Virus record (IMG/VR): IMGVR_UViG_3300021400_000080
Coordinates: 11,710 to 75,709 of that record
DNA from: a virus
Taxonomy: Duplodnaviria > Caudoviricetes
Length of the DNA: 64,000 bases
Reading direction: 5' to 3' (one strand)
The notes beneath the pieces were generated by a model. That model saw only the letters and a list, made by a program, of their open reading frames with translations. It did no database searches and was not told the origin of the DNA. The position numbers were made by a program, and so were the translations under genes. Positions 37,301-46,375 of this stretch are shown here, piece by piece. Position 1 is the stretch's first letter; each line of letters starts with the position of its first letter.

Positions 37301-38378
37301 GGATACAACCACTCCCTTCTATAATTGCGGATTCGACGGTTCGCTCATCATCGGAGACGGGTTGTCAGCTGTTTATGACTATATGTTCAACGGCTGTGCG
37401 TTCCAGAACGACCTTGTAATCGGAGATTCCATCGTAGGTATTCCCATAGGTACTTTTGACAGTTGCAGGAATTGTACGGGTACTCTGACCCTGGGAAACG
37501 GTCTGAAATCAATAGAGAGACAAGCGTTCAGCGGTTATAAATTCACAGGGGAATTGATACTTCCCGAAGGAATGACTGAATTGAAATACGGTGCTTTTGA
37601 GAATTGCAAGGGATTCACGGGACCTCTTGTCATTCCGGATAGCATGATAACCTTGGGTAATAACAATTCATCGAATAATGATGGGGTATTCGCAGGTTGT
37701 TCCGGATTCACATCCCTTGTCCTCGGCAGCTCGCTTGAGATGATAGGCCGCAGTACTTTTGCATCATGCACCGGTATGACAGGCGATCTGATAATCCCGG
37801 ATAGCGTGACTGTGATCGGATACAATGCGTTCAACGGTTGTTCATTCACATCATTGGATATAGGCAGCGGATTAACGTCCATTCCCGGACAGGCATTTTA
37901 CGGAAATAAATTCGCAGGAACACTGGTGATCCCGGATAATATACAGACGATAGCAAGCCACGCATTTTATTTCAATAATAATTCAAGAGTGGATACATTG
38001 GTGTTGGGTAGGGGACTCACATCCATCGGAACTTACTCATTCGATACAGCGTATGCAGCACAATCCAGACTGGATAATATCGTGGCATTATCCGACCCCA
38101 CTATCGGCACGGGTGCGTTCAGAGGATCAACAGTATCCCAAATCCTGAATCTGACTGGTTCGGATCTGACCAATGTCGTACCTGGAAACGGAGACATCCC
38201 CTCGACAGCTACGATCCGCACAGCTTTCGAGGATACGGCTATGCTCCAACACACTACCGAGACCATCGTGGTAGATAAAGAAGGGATGGAATACAGTATC
38301 ATGCGGGTGATCCCGATTATAATGGCATTGGCAATACTGATCGGGGTTGCATATTACATCAGGGGGAATAAGATATGA
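34374..38378 (+). CDS. BspA-type leucine-rich-repeat (LRR_5) adhesin anchored by a capsid-like helix 2
   Basis: Many CTGFTG.L.IPDSVT.IG..AF repeats; signal peptide (start probably 34413); C-terminus SIMRVIPIIMALAILIGVAYYIRGNKI. Confidence 0.9.
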   Translation: MALNTACSLNEQGMSIKWVGILILGMAALFGCIVAFESDDADAATANPNYRDGDWGYDLVTENGLTTAKIVSYSGTGGGAITIPTTIGGYTVTQVGKNADYGNNNVFEPTLVATDLIIPDGILKINKFACQNLSNFTGTLSLGNTVTTLGLSCFSNGGFTGTLTLPRSITTIIYSTGNYAAFYNCAGFTELVIENGMSGDIGHDMFRNCTGFTGALVIPDSVTYIGMRAFQGCSGFTSLSIGSNVTTIYDSAFYNCTGFKGSLTIPDSVTTFGGYYSSTNQGIFQNCRGFDGVLKIGNGITKIPAACFMNCSGFTELILGNSLTEIQDYSDYGVFKGCTGLTGNLTLPNTLTKIGNSAFDGCSGLTGALVIPNNVTYIGSVAFRNCSGFTSLTLSNSLTEIKSSTFSGCTSMTGDLIIPDSVTTIYYPFSSSSSTSSPFYNCGFGGSLIIGDGLTAVGQYMFDGCVFNDNLVIGDSITDIPSGAFACCKTATGTLTIGSGVQSIGNSVFYQYKFTGSLVLPNGLKTIRDQAFAQCTGFTGSLVIPSTVTTIGVHSSSTSNSSGAFRGCTGFTGALVIPDSVTLLGDRTFQGCTGLTGTLTIGTGVTDINPYCFYGCKFTGNLNIPGNVVKILDYAFGNNTGFTSLTLQEGLDLIWTRAFSECTGMTGVLAIPDSVTTLGPKSYANGCFYNCSGFTGLNLGDGVEIIGDTCFWNCTAMAGSLIIPDSVEYIGKCAFYECAFDGTLTIGNNVSEIGYGAFYSYNHGSFIGDLVIPDSVTVFGNPNSQGYNQEPIFWYAGFTGSLTIGNGITVIPQGTFYGCGFTGTLTIGNNVTQIGSYDGNTGAFENVPFTGALVIPDSVTKIMGRSFKGCSGFTTLSLGSGLTQITGYDTFRDCTGFTGALVIPDTVQYLGPKNTSGTTFTGGRAFMGCTGFTFLTIGKNVELIGPGTFSGCTGFRGDLVIPDSVVEIAYGSYYHPDTTTPFYNCGFDGSLIIGDGLSAVYDYMFNGCAFQNDLVIGDSIVGIPIGTFDSCRNCTGTLTLGNGLKSIERQAFSGYKFTGELILPEGMTELKYGAFENCKGFTGPLVIPDSMITLGNNNSSNNDGVFAGCSGFTSLVLGSSLEMIGRSTFASCTGMTGDLIIPDSVTVIGYNAFNGCSFTSLDIGSGLTSIPGQAFYGNKFAGTLVIPDNIQTIASHAFYFNNNSRVDTLVLGRGLTSIGTYSFDTAYAAQSRLDNIVALSDPTIGTGAFRGSTVSQILNLTGSDLTNVVPGNGDIPSTATIRTAFEDTAMLQHTTETIVVDKEGMEYSIMRVIPIIMALAILIGVAYYIRGNKI

Positions 38379-39076
38379 GCCAAGAGGAACTGTCCAATAA
38401 CATAGCCGGTATCGCGGTGTGCGTGGTCGTGTTCGCGGTCATAGCCATACCGATCTTCTACGGACTTACCACCGAACCGTATACCAATGTGAATGAAGAT
38501 GCGATAGGTGAATTACGTCTCGGATACCAGGAACAGGTTTTCAGGGAGGAGATCATAGAAGCCGAGACGGAGGAAGAAGAGGACGAAGTGATATTGGTCG
38601 ATATTACTGCCTATGTTGCAAAATCGTATCTCTTCACGATCAACGGAGATACTATATCGGTATCGGGTGATTGGACGGGCGAATTATCCTTGTCCGACAA
38701 TCAGATCATCATCGGCTCCGACAATTACCAATTGACCATCCAGTACGGAAAACTGATCGAGTCTGTCGATGGATATGGTGTGGAAGTGTTTTCACCCCTC
38801 CAAGTGTCCATCCACGACGGTTCCGTGAAGGATGTTCCGTACACGTTCCTCTATTATCCGGATGCGAAAGGCCCGTATGCCAATTACCAATCCTATCGGT
38901 ATGACATCACCGACCACTATTCTGTCGGAACATTCGCAGGGGTAACGGTTTCCGCGATCAATGACGAGGTAAAGGGCGATAACCAATACGGTTTCGGAGC
39001 CGAGACACAGACCGAAGATGGTACAACGACCGGAGTGGTATATTCGCCAAGAACGGAAGAACAGACCGAATCGTAA
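38375..39076 (+). CDS. capsid-like helix 1 plus ectodomain (no helix 2)
   Basis: IAGIAVCVVVFAVIAIPIFYGL matches the capsid helix 1; ATGA-coupled to the LRR gene. Confidence 0.75.
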   Translation: MSQEELSNNIAGIAVCVVVFAVIAIPIFYGLTTEPYTNVNEDAIGELRLGYQEQVFREEIIEAETEEEEDEVILVDITAYVAKSYLFTINGDTISVSGDWTGELSLSDNQIIIGSDNYQLTIQYGKLIESVDGYGVEVFSPLQVSIHDGSVKDVPYTFLYYPDAKGPYANYQSYRYDITDHYSVGTFAGVTVSAINDEVKGDNQYGFGAETQTEDGTTTGVVYSPRTEEQTES

Positions 39077-39162
39077 ACCTCTTACCCCCCTACGGGGGAT
39101 TTATATTCTATCACCATAATTTCCGTTCCATAGGGTATTTATAACCTTACGAGGCCGAGAAT

Positions 39163-41121
39163 ATGGCAGAAGAAAAGAGCATAACGAGTATGGCGATCAC
39201 CGTGGTCATCGCGTTGGTCGTGACATGCACCGTACTCTTCCCGGTCATCAACAGTGTTAATGATGGCGGGAACGGGGGAGGCAGCGGAGGTGGAAGTGCA
39301 GTAGGGTCCGCAGCCGGTCCGCTGACCTACACCAACGAGGGGGACTACTACTACCAGGATTATGATAAGGCAACGGCAGATGCTATGGCGATCAGTATGT
39401 CCTTGTCCAGTGGCAGCGATGTCGGAATGAGCATCAATGTAGGGGGAGATGTGATCAACACCCCCACATATCCTGCAACCTGGACATCAGCAGTAGGAGA
39501 CCCCAACGAATGTCAGATTATTCTGCCTCTCTTATACATCGAGCAAATTCCTGGGAATTTTAGCGGAATTTTGATGTATCTCAACGGGCATTATGAACTG
39601 CCTGGTCCTGCATATACATTCGACATATGTTTCCTTGCAACTGGGACATCCGGCGGGAATCCGATGGCGATTTCGATGGGTATGCCACTCACTAACGAGA
39701 TGCTTGCAGGGGTTACATCGGTAAACACACTTTTGGGATTGTTGCCATTCTTCCCTCCAGGTACAACGATAAGTTACGATACCATTCGCCTACTGGCTTC
39801 TGAAGGAGATTATGTTTCAGCCAAGAATCCTGTGGTCGGGAACGAAAGCGATGCGTGGCTGTTCAATGCAACGTATGATTATTCCTGGGATGAAAGTGAG
39901 ATTTACGGCATATACAAGTATTATGTATGGTGGATTGATGGTGTGGAGACTCATACCGAGATTTCATACAATGGTGGATCCGGATACAGCCAGTATGGGA
40001 ACGATCCTACAATAGTCGTGAACAGATCTACAATCAACGATTTGTCAAGAGTGGATAGCTTCACGGTCCAGTATGTCGGAACTTCCTCTGATCGTCACGC
40101 GTATCTCGATTATTCCGATGTTTATGCGATTATACCTAAGACCGTAGAATACACGCTTGCATCGGGCGATAATTCAGATAATGTGACCGCACATGCGACA
40201 TATTATGAGACTGCACCTAATCTGAATATCGCAGTGTCCTATACCACGGAAACACGCGAGGCCGCTGTTTGGGGTGAAACTAATACTGTGACTTCAGTTG
40301 ATACTCTTACATTATCCTATGACGGACATTCAATCACAGTCGATAACCGCGCTAATCTTAATGAGTATTTCACCAGGATGGCGAGTGCAACGACCAATGA
40401 TGAGTGGACCGAGATAGATAATTGGATGTATTCGGTTAATTCTGTTCCTATCTTATTCAATCCACCTATCAATAATGAGACAAGTTCGTTGAGTGATAGG
40501 ATAGTCACGATTTGGCTACCTTATGCAGTGCCACAAGGGGAGTTTGAAAATGTTTCTTCCGACATACCCACCTCAATATCCATTACCCCTACGCAGGTCA
40601 CTGTAACATCGCCTAACGACTCGCGGGATTATCCCATAGATGGCCCGTGCTATATTATCAGTGACACGGGGGATTACGGAGTATTCACCCAAAACAATCT
40701 GTCCGAGGGAGTTTATGTGGGTTCCGATATTCTGACCGATTTCAACGGCCCTATTACCGGACAAGATTCGGTTTTGAGATTCGTTCAGATATTCAATATG
40801 AATTTCAGTACGAGTATGTATGAGACTTCCTCACGTCTCCAGGACACCTATGCCTTGACCATCGAGGACGGTATGCTCAAGGACATAGGATGGGAGGGAG
40901 GATACAGGCAGACGGGCAACAATCCCATGGCCGAATACGGACACATCTCCGCGCAGTATGTCATTCTGCCCTTATCCGCAGACAACGGTTCGGGAGGCGG
41001 TTCCTCCGGCAACGGAAACCTCGGAGTAGCCGGAACGATCCTCGCGGTCGTACCAATCTTCGTGGTCCTGGGCATCCTAATGTATGCCGTCCAGTATTTC
41101 CGCGATCCCCGGAAGCTTTGA
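39163..41121 (+). CDS. capsid-hairpin paralog with an ~570-aa passenger between Gly linkers
   Basis: ITVVIALVVTCTVLFPVINS-GGNGGGSGGG...GGGSSGNG-VAGTILAVVPIFVVLGILM. Confidence 0.85.
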   Translation: MAEEKSITSMAITVVIALVVTCTVLFPVINSVNDGGNGGGSGGGSAVGSAAGPLTYTNEGDYYYQDYDKATADAMAISMSLSSGSDVGMSINVGGDVINTPTYPATWTSAVGDPNECQIILPLLYIEQIPGNFSGILMYLNGHYELPGPAYTFDICFLATGTSGGNPMAISMGMPLTNEMLAGVTSVNTLLGLLPFFPPGTTISYDTIRLLASEGDYVSAKNPVVGNESDAWLFNATYDYSWDESEIYGIYKYYVWWIDGVETHTEISYNGGSGYSQYGNDPTIVVNRSTINDLSRVDSFTVQYVGTSSDRHAYLDYSDVYAIIPKTVEYTLASGDNSDNVTAHATYYETAPNLNIAVSYTTETREAAVWGETNTVTSVDTLTLSYDGHSITVDNRANLNEYFTRMASATTNDEWTEIDNWMYSVNSVPILFNPPINNETSSLSDRIVTIWLPYAVPQGEFENVSSDIPTSISITPTQVTVTSPNDSRDYPIDGPCYIISDTGDYGVFTQNNLSEGVYVGSDILTDFNGPITGQDSVLRFVQIFNMNFSTSMYETSSRLQDTYALTIEDGMLKDIGWEGGYRQTGNNPMAEYGHISAQYVILPLSADNGSGGGSSGNGNLGVAGTILAVVPIFVVLGILMYAVQYFRDPRKL

Positions 41122-41186
41122 AACCTCTTACCCCCTATGGGGGTTCATGGGATAATCTAATATCCGACAACCCTGTTTTTCACATT

Positions 41187-41447
41187 ATGAGATATATCCT
41201 GTCATATTCGGATAAAGCTGCGGAACAGATAGACGGCACGGCAACCTTCGACGATCTGGACAAGGCGAGGAAGAGGGCATGCTCCCTGCTCCGCGCGGAA
41301 TCGCTGGTGCGCGTGCATCTGTTCCGCAACGGACGTTATATGGGGTGGGTATCGCACAACACGGCCTACAACTGGTTCCCCCATCACGACGGTCAGAAGG
41401 AGTGGGAAGTCTATCAACTCGACCCCGCAACGGGCAAGGTCGTGTAA
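41187..41447 (+). CDS. small Tyr/Lys-rich family protein
   Basis: FDDLDKARKRAC...YQLDPATGKV. Confidence 0.75.
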   Translation: MRYILSYSDKAAEQIDGTATFDDLDKARKRACSLLRAESLVRVHLFRNGRYMGWVSHNTAYNWFPHHDGQKEWEVYQLDPATGKVV

Positions 41448-41465
41448 GACGTTTTTATACCGCAA

Positions 41466-41996
41466 TTGGGATATGAGTCTATGGACATGCAGAAGAGCAT
41501 CAACCCCATCATACTGGCATTTATCGGTATGGTCATAGTGGGTATGCTCCTGATCCCGTTCCTGCTGGATGTCACCCATGAGCCGGACATCAACCAGGGC
41601 AGTACGGTCAGTTACCAACCCCGTACCAACCTCGATGCCGACTTCACCTATTCGGGTACGCTGCTCGAACATTCGCAGTACACTATCGACCCGGAGACGG
41701 ACGGGATAACGATCACATTCACCGAAGAGGGAACATTCACCCTTATAGTGACCGCGACATCCCATAACCCCTATCAGACCGCCACACAGACGATAGAATA
41801 CGAAGTAGGGGAATACGGGGAATACCACGATTACAAACCGCTGCTGCTCCTCGTTCCCACTATGTTCCTCGTAGCGTTCATGATGCTGGTCCTCGGACGT
41901 AAATCAGGCGGTGACGGGTTCGGGGATGACTCCGGGTTCGGAGGGGGATCGGACATCGCCGGGAAGTTCGGCAGAGGCGGATTCGGGAAACGCTGA
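41466..41996 (+). CDS. capsid-hairpin-like protein with a single Ig-like passenger and a Gly-rich tail
   Basis: IGMVIVGMLLIPFL...Ig module...KPLLLLVPTMFLVAFMM. Confidence 0.7.
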   Translation: MGYESMDMQKSINPIILAFIGMVIVGMLLIPFLLDVTHEPDINQGSTVSYQPRTNLDADFTYSGTLLEHSQYTIDPETDGITITFTEEGTFTLIVTATSHNPYQTATQTIEYEVGEYGEYHDYKPLLLLVPTMFLVAFMMLVLGRKSGGDGFGDDSGFGGGSDIAGKFGRGGFGKR

Positions 41997-42064
41997 TACC
42001 GTTCATCTTATATATGGTCGGGAACGATTAATCTGCATAGAACCTACAAGGTTTGGTGATTAAT

Positions 42065-42400
42065 ATGGCAGAGACCAAATATGCGGTTGTCAAGGGATTG
42101 AGTTGTAACGATCCCTCTAAATTGAAGAAGATGACCTTGACTGAGGCGCGTATAGAAGCGTGCAGACTGGCGAAAAAGCATCTTAATTCTCACACGAGGA
42201 TCGGTATTTTCGCAGAGGACAAATATCACATCTCCGGCGGCAGATATATGCCGAAATGTATTGAGGATGTGCGTTATGTTGATGATGGGATAGGCCGTAA
42301 GGGGTTCTATCTGCTTCAGTGGGAAAAGAACAGGAATTATAGGGTATCCCCTACATCCGGACGTTTGATGGATTACAGCCGCGAGTGGAAGTACATTTGA
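42065..42400 (+). CDS. small Tyr/Lys-rich family protein
   Basis: MTLTEARIEACRLA...YRVSPTSGRL. Confidence 0.75.
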   Translation: MAETKYAVVKGLSCNDPSKLKKMTLTEARIEACRLAKKHLNSHTRIGIFAEDKYHISGGRYMPKCIEDVRYVDDGIGRKGFYLLQWEKNRNYRVSPTSGRLMDYSREWKYI

Positions 42401-42410
42401 GGCGAAAGAT

Positions 42411-42752
42411 ATGGCGAAACGCGGCTCCGATCTGCTCCCCCACAATGCGCCCGGTTATGTCTGGAAACTCGGTTCGAGGTTCGGCACGGGGAAGAAGATG
42501 ACCTACGGTCAGTACCTCAAGACGGGCAGCGGATTCAGTTGGGGAGGTCAGGACGGTCCGCAGATAACGAGGGATCGTAAGGTCTACAACTACTCCGATG
42601 AGTTCATAACCAAGACCTATCGTGGCGAGGAATATGTGTTCTACTCCGTCCAGGTGTATGTGGATGGTTCCCGCAGATACATCCTACCCGGAACAAGGAC
42701 GGGAAGAGGATACAAGGACTGGAAGAAGGACGGCATCGTGAGGTTCTATTAA
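42411..42752 (+). CDS. hypothetical protein
   Basis: In operon; Gly/Tyr/Lys-rich. Confidence 0.65.
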   Translation: MAKRGSDLLPHNAPGYVWKLGSRFGTGKKMTYGQYLKTGSGFSWGGQDGPQITRDRKVYNYSDEFITKTYRGEEYVFYSVQVYVDGSRRYILPGTRTGRGYKDWKKDGIVRFY

Positions 42753-42761
42753 GGTGAAGAT

Positions 42762-43127
42762 ATGGTGTATAGCATCGAGACATATTCAATGGGGGATAGG
42801 AAGTTCATCGTACTTAGAGACGATATAAAGACCATCAAGACCGCAAGGATTTTAGCATGCAGATATGCTAAAGAATACAGTAAGGTTGCAATCTACCCCG
42901 CACGCAAAAGCGATCTTCAAAAATTCGGACAAAAAGTTTTCACGGAAGGAGCATTTGCGAAAGAGGAAATCTATTATAACAGGTCGAAAGCGTGTTATAT
43001 CTCTGAAAAAAAGGAAGAGATCCTCGATGGAAAAAAGGGTTACAGTCCCATTGTCAATAAGTATTACAAGGTCAATGGAAGAACAGGGGAGATCACACTT
43101 ATTGAAGAATATCGCAAAAAATGGTAA
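42762..43127 (+). CDS. small Tyr/Lys-rich family protein
   Basis: IKTIKTARILAC...YKVNGRTGEI. Confidence 0.75.
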   Translation: MVYSIETYSMGDRKFIVLRDDIKTIKTARILACRYAKEYSKVAIYPARKSDLQKFGQKVFTEGAFAKEEIYYNRSKACYISEKKEEILDGKKGYSPIVNKYYKVNGRTGEITLIEEYRKKW

Positions 43128-43144
43128 ACTATCGAGGTGATGAT

Positions 43145-43498
43145 ATGGCATATTACGTCCGTAATGCTAAATGGTGGAACAGGGAGAGCAAAAGCGAATA
43201 CACATCCTACTCTACGCTTTCGGAGGCGAGGGTTGCAGCGGCCCGTCTCCTATCCCACGAATACTATGACGGAGAGAGTGTTCCGATCTACATCAAGAAA
43301 AGCAACAGATATTCCATCTATGCTTTCGTCCGTGAGGTCATTGGATCTTACGAGGGAGAGGATGAGGACATTCCTGTGGGTTCATCCAAATTCGTATATC
43401 GTACCGCTTCCGGAACGGAATGTCTCATGTCCAAATCGGGTGAGTTGGGCAAGACCAGATGGAGATCGTGGTTCAAACTCGAATATCCGAGACACTGA
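43145..43498 (+). CDS. small Tyr/Lys-rich family protein
   Basis: YSTLSEARVAAA...MSKSGELGK. Confidence 0.75.
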   Translation: MAYYVRNAKWWNRESKSEYTSYSTLSEARVAAARLLSHEYYDGESVPIYIKKSNRYSIYAFVREVIGSYEGEDEDIPVGSSKFVYRTASGTECLMSKSGELGKTRWRSWFKLEYPRH

Positions 43499-43511
43499 AA
43501 GGCGAAACAAG

Positions 43512-43847
43512 ATGGCTGGATGTGAGGACGTTTTGGAGAAGATCGTTAAGCCGGGGTATTTGGAGATTCCGTCCCTGGATGCCTACGTTGAGGTCACGGG
43601 CGATGATGATTTCGATGATGAATATCTTAGCGTGACCCTTGGCGGGTGGATCTCGTTCCTATTCACAAGGGACGGTTCCAGATGTATCGAGATATGGGAC
43701 ATCCATACCGGGGAGGAAACGATCTTCGAGGAGGATGAGGTCGGGGATGCCATAAAGGAATGGTATTCGGCCGCATACGAGAAGAGGGTATTGCCGACTC
43801 TCCGTGAGTTCTTGAAGGGGGAAAAGAATGAAGATACCCAACAGTGA
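43512..43847 (+). CDS. acidic hypothetical protein
   Basis: D/E-rich, 111 aa. Confidence 0.65.
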   Translation: MAGCEDVLEKIVKPGYLEIPSLDAYVEVTGDDDFDDEYLSVTLGGWISFLFTRDGSRCIEIWDIHTGEETIFEEDEVGDAIKEWYSAAYEKRVLPTLREFLKGEKNEDTQQ

Positions 43848-44136
43848 AGCGCGTTTGATGATCGGGAAAAGGGTACTCTACGAGGTCTGCCGTACCGTGC
43901 AGGCAGAGGTAAGGCACGAAGGGGATAATGTCAAGGCATATCATTACTTCTACTCCGATCGGGATTCCGCTATCGCCAAGTATGATGAGCTGTGCTGCAA
44001 ATATCCGTATCCGAAGTCCAGACATATCACGTTGAAGAGATGGAATACATCAGGGATGCTCGTTACCGACATCTATACGAACAGATTTCTTCATAACGAC
44101 GGCAAGACGTACCGTGATGTTTCGAAACTGAAATGA
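43828..44136 (+). CDS. hypothetical protein
   Basis: In operon; RBS upstream. Confidence 0.6.
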   Translation: MKIPNSEARLMIGKRVLYEVCRTVQAEVRHEGDNVKAYHYFYSDRDSAIAKYDELCCKYPYPKSRHITLKRWNTSGMLVTDIYTNRFLHNDGKTYRDVSKLK

Positions 44137-44184
44137 TCGTTTTAAACCCCTTCTTTTTTTATATGATGATTCGGATTATTTATT

Positions 44185-44541
44185 ATGTCCAAAACATCGA
44201 AAGTCCACGGACCTTATTATCTGGAGTACAAGGGATGGAGTGGCGGTTACAAACCCGTCAGGGATGCCAAGACACCCGGATATGCGACACAGTACAAGAC
44301 CATCACCGAGGCGAGGAAGAAGGCGGTCCTCTTCATCAAGCACAACTCCTGCCAGTTGGTCGGGATTCAGGGAGAGGTCGGCAAGAGGACATACGGCCGC
44401 GATGGGAGGCCCATCGTCCAGGGCGGCACCGCCGGTATCGTGGAGAGGGAGTACGACGGATACACGTTCATCTACCGCGACTACAATTCCGGCAATACCT
44501 ACCGTATCAACAAGGACGGATCGGTCAAGAAGATGGAGTGA
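44185..44541 (+). CDS. small Tyr/Lys-rich family protein
   Basis: YKTITEARKKAV...YRINKDGSV. Confidence 0.78.
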   Translation: MSKTSKVHGPYYLEYKGWSGGYKPVRDAKTPGYATQYKTITEARKKAVLFIKHNSCQLVGIQGEVGKRTYGRDGRPIVQGGTAGIVEREYDGYTFIYRDYNSGNTYRINKDGSVKKME

Positions 44542-44546
44542 GAGAT

Positions 44547-45263
44547 ATGGGAAGATTCACAGTCAAGATCGGCGGCGAGGAAAAGGTATTCAAGGATGCC
44601 GACAACCTCCGCAGATACGTTATGCGTTACGGAGACAAGACCAAGAGATATACCTATCAGGGAGAGGGCGGTCAGTTCATTGACGGCTATGGGGTCATGT
44701 ATTACACGCAGAAGGACGGTTGGAAAGTCAAACTCAAGACCGGAAGCATATATCAGATTGACAGAAGGTCTGGAGAGATTTTCGAGGGTGGCAGATACAC
44801 AGTCAGGATGGCAGGAAAGGGTGAGTCAAATCCTCGCATCTTCTCTACTGATGATTTCTCCGATGCGATCAACAAGGCAATCACTCAGTATGCCCGGAAC
44901 CGTGGAAGAAAAGTCTATATCTACGATAAGGACAAGAAACTCGGACGTATCGGAGAGAGAAGCGGATACGCAACGTGGATAGACCACAAGACCAAGAGAA
45001 CGACATCGTTCAAGGATGATGATTACGAAGTGCCGAGGAAACCCGCCGGACTTACCCCCAAGCAGCCCGGTTGGATCATCGCCGGCAGGAGAGCCGGAAG
45101 CAAGGGCGCGTTCAAATACTTCTCCGGAGAGTCATTCGCGGCCAAGAAGTATGCGATGGTATGGCCTTACAACAAGTACGAACAGGCAGAGAAAACCATC
45201 GAGGAGCTGCGCTGGTACGGTGAGTATGAACATTACGAGTTCAAGATCGTAAGAGAGTCTTGA
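44547..45263 (+). CDS. multi-module Tyr/Lys-rich family protein
   Basis: Tandem units: FKDADNLRRYV...YQIDRRSGEI and DDFSDAINKA. Confidence 0.7.
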   Translation: MGRFTVKIGGEEKVFKDADNLRRYVMRYGDKTKRYTYQGEGGQFIDGYGVMYYTQKDGWKVKLKTGSIYQIDRRSGEIFEGGRYTVRMAGKGESNPRIFSTDDFSDAINKAITQYARNRGRKVYIYDKDKKLGRIGERSGYATWIDHKTKRTTSFKDDDYEVPRKPAGLTPKQPGWIIAGRRAGSKGAFKYFSGESFAAKKYAMVWPYNKYEQAEKTIEELRWYGEYEHYEFKIVRES

Positions 45264-45283
45264 TTTCGGAAAGGTGTCCAAAT

Positions 45284-45640
45284 ATGGCAGAATATCAGTT
45301 CAGACTGGAACAGTGGGTTCTACATTCTGTTAAGAACAGTCGTGGATACTACGATTACACATCGGAATACACCCCCATCGGTAAGATGTCCAAGAAGTAT
45401 AAGTCTCTTCAAGAGTGCCGTGCCGCTGCCCGGAAGTATCTTATCGACAATAAGATCTCGTCAGGCACATCAAGTCCGAGGAAAGTGGCCGTCATCTATC
45501 TCAATGGGAAAAAGAGTACCGGGTACGATCTGGTATGTTATGGTGGTATGGTCTTGCTTTTCGGAGCATCGGGCGAGACGGTCGTTTCCGAGAACGGCAA
45601 CACGTTCAAATTGAGGACATTCGGTGGAATGTATCACTGA
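45284..45640 (+). CDS. small Tyr/Lys-rich family protein
   Basis: YKSLQECRAAAR...VSENGN. Confidence 0.75.
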   Translation: MAEYQFRLEQWVLHSVKNSRGYYDYTSEYTPIGKMSKKYKSLQECRAAARKYLIDNKISSGTSSPRKVAVIYLNGKKSTGYDLVCYGGMVLLFGASGETVVSENGNTFKLRTFGGMYH

Positions 45641-45968
45641 TTGGGAATTGATGGGATTTCCTTAAATACCCAATGTCCGATTCTATCTATGCCGTCCTTG
45701 AAGGATGGGTCAGGGACGGCAATCCGATAGTAGCGATCGTGTCACTTTTCCTATGCACCTCTCCCATCCGCTTATCACACTTTTATATACCCCGACACGG
45801 ATTCATAATACGGAGGATAGCCGCGGTCCGTCTCCTCCTAACGCAGTCCGAACATCAGACGGCCGCGCGACGAGGGTTCCTTGTAGCCACGATGCCGGGT
45901 CCCGAAGTCGGTCATTTCGCCCGGCATCAACACTTTTCTTTTTATATAGCCATTCTAATTTATGAACT

Positions 45969-46322
45969 ATGCCGCCATCGTCGATTCGCAGATTCAAACC
46001 TTCGACATTCTATTTCTACGACTATCCCCACAACGGAGATATGATATACGTCCTCAAGAGGGAACTTGTGAAATCCAGTCCGGACACTTGGCGCATCACA
46101 TTCGTGGATACGGACAATTATTTTGACGAAGAAGATGGAATGATGCGTATCACAAGCGCAACCGTAAGTCTGGCAGATTATGGGTATTACATTACCGAAG
46201 TGTTGAACAGCCATAGGGTTTCTGCAACCAGAAGTATGTCCAATAAGGACAGTTACTACAAACCTTTCAAAAAGCACGTTCAGTCTTTTTTAAAGCGTTC
46301 TAAAGCGAAAGGCAAGTATTAA
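45969..46322 (+). CDS. hypothetical protein
   Basis: TTTTATATA promoter upstream. Confidence 0.6.
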   Translation: MPPSSIRRFKPSTFYFYDYPHNGDMIYVLKRELVKSSPDTWRITFVDTDNYFDEEDGMMRITSATVSLADYGYYITEVLNSHRVSATRSMSNKDSYYKPFKKHVQSFLKRSKAKGKY

Positions 46323-46375
46323 TCTGATAAACAACCCCCCATCTATGATGGGGGGAAAGGGGATAATACATACTA

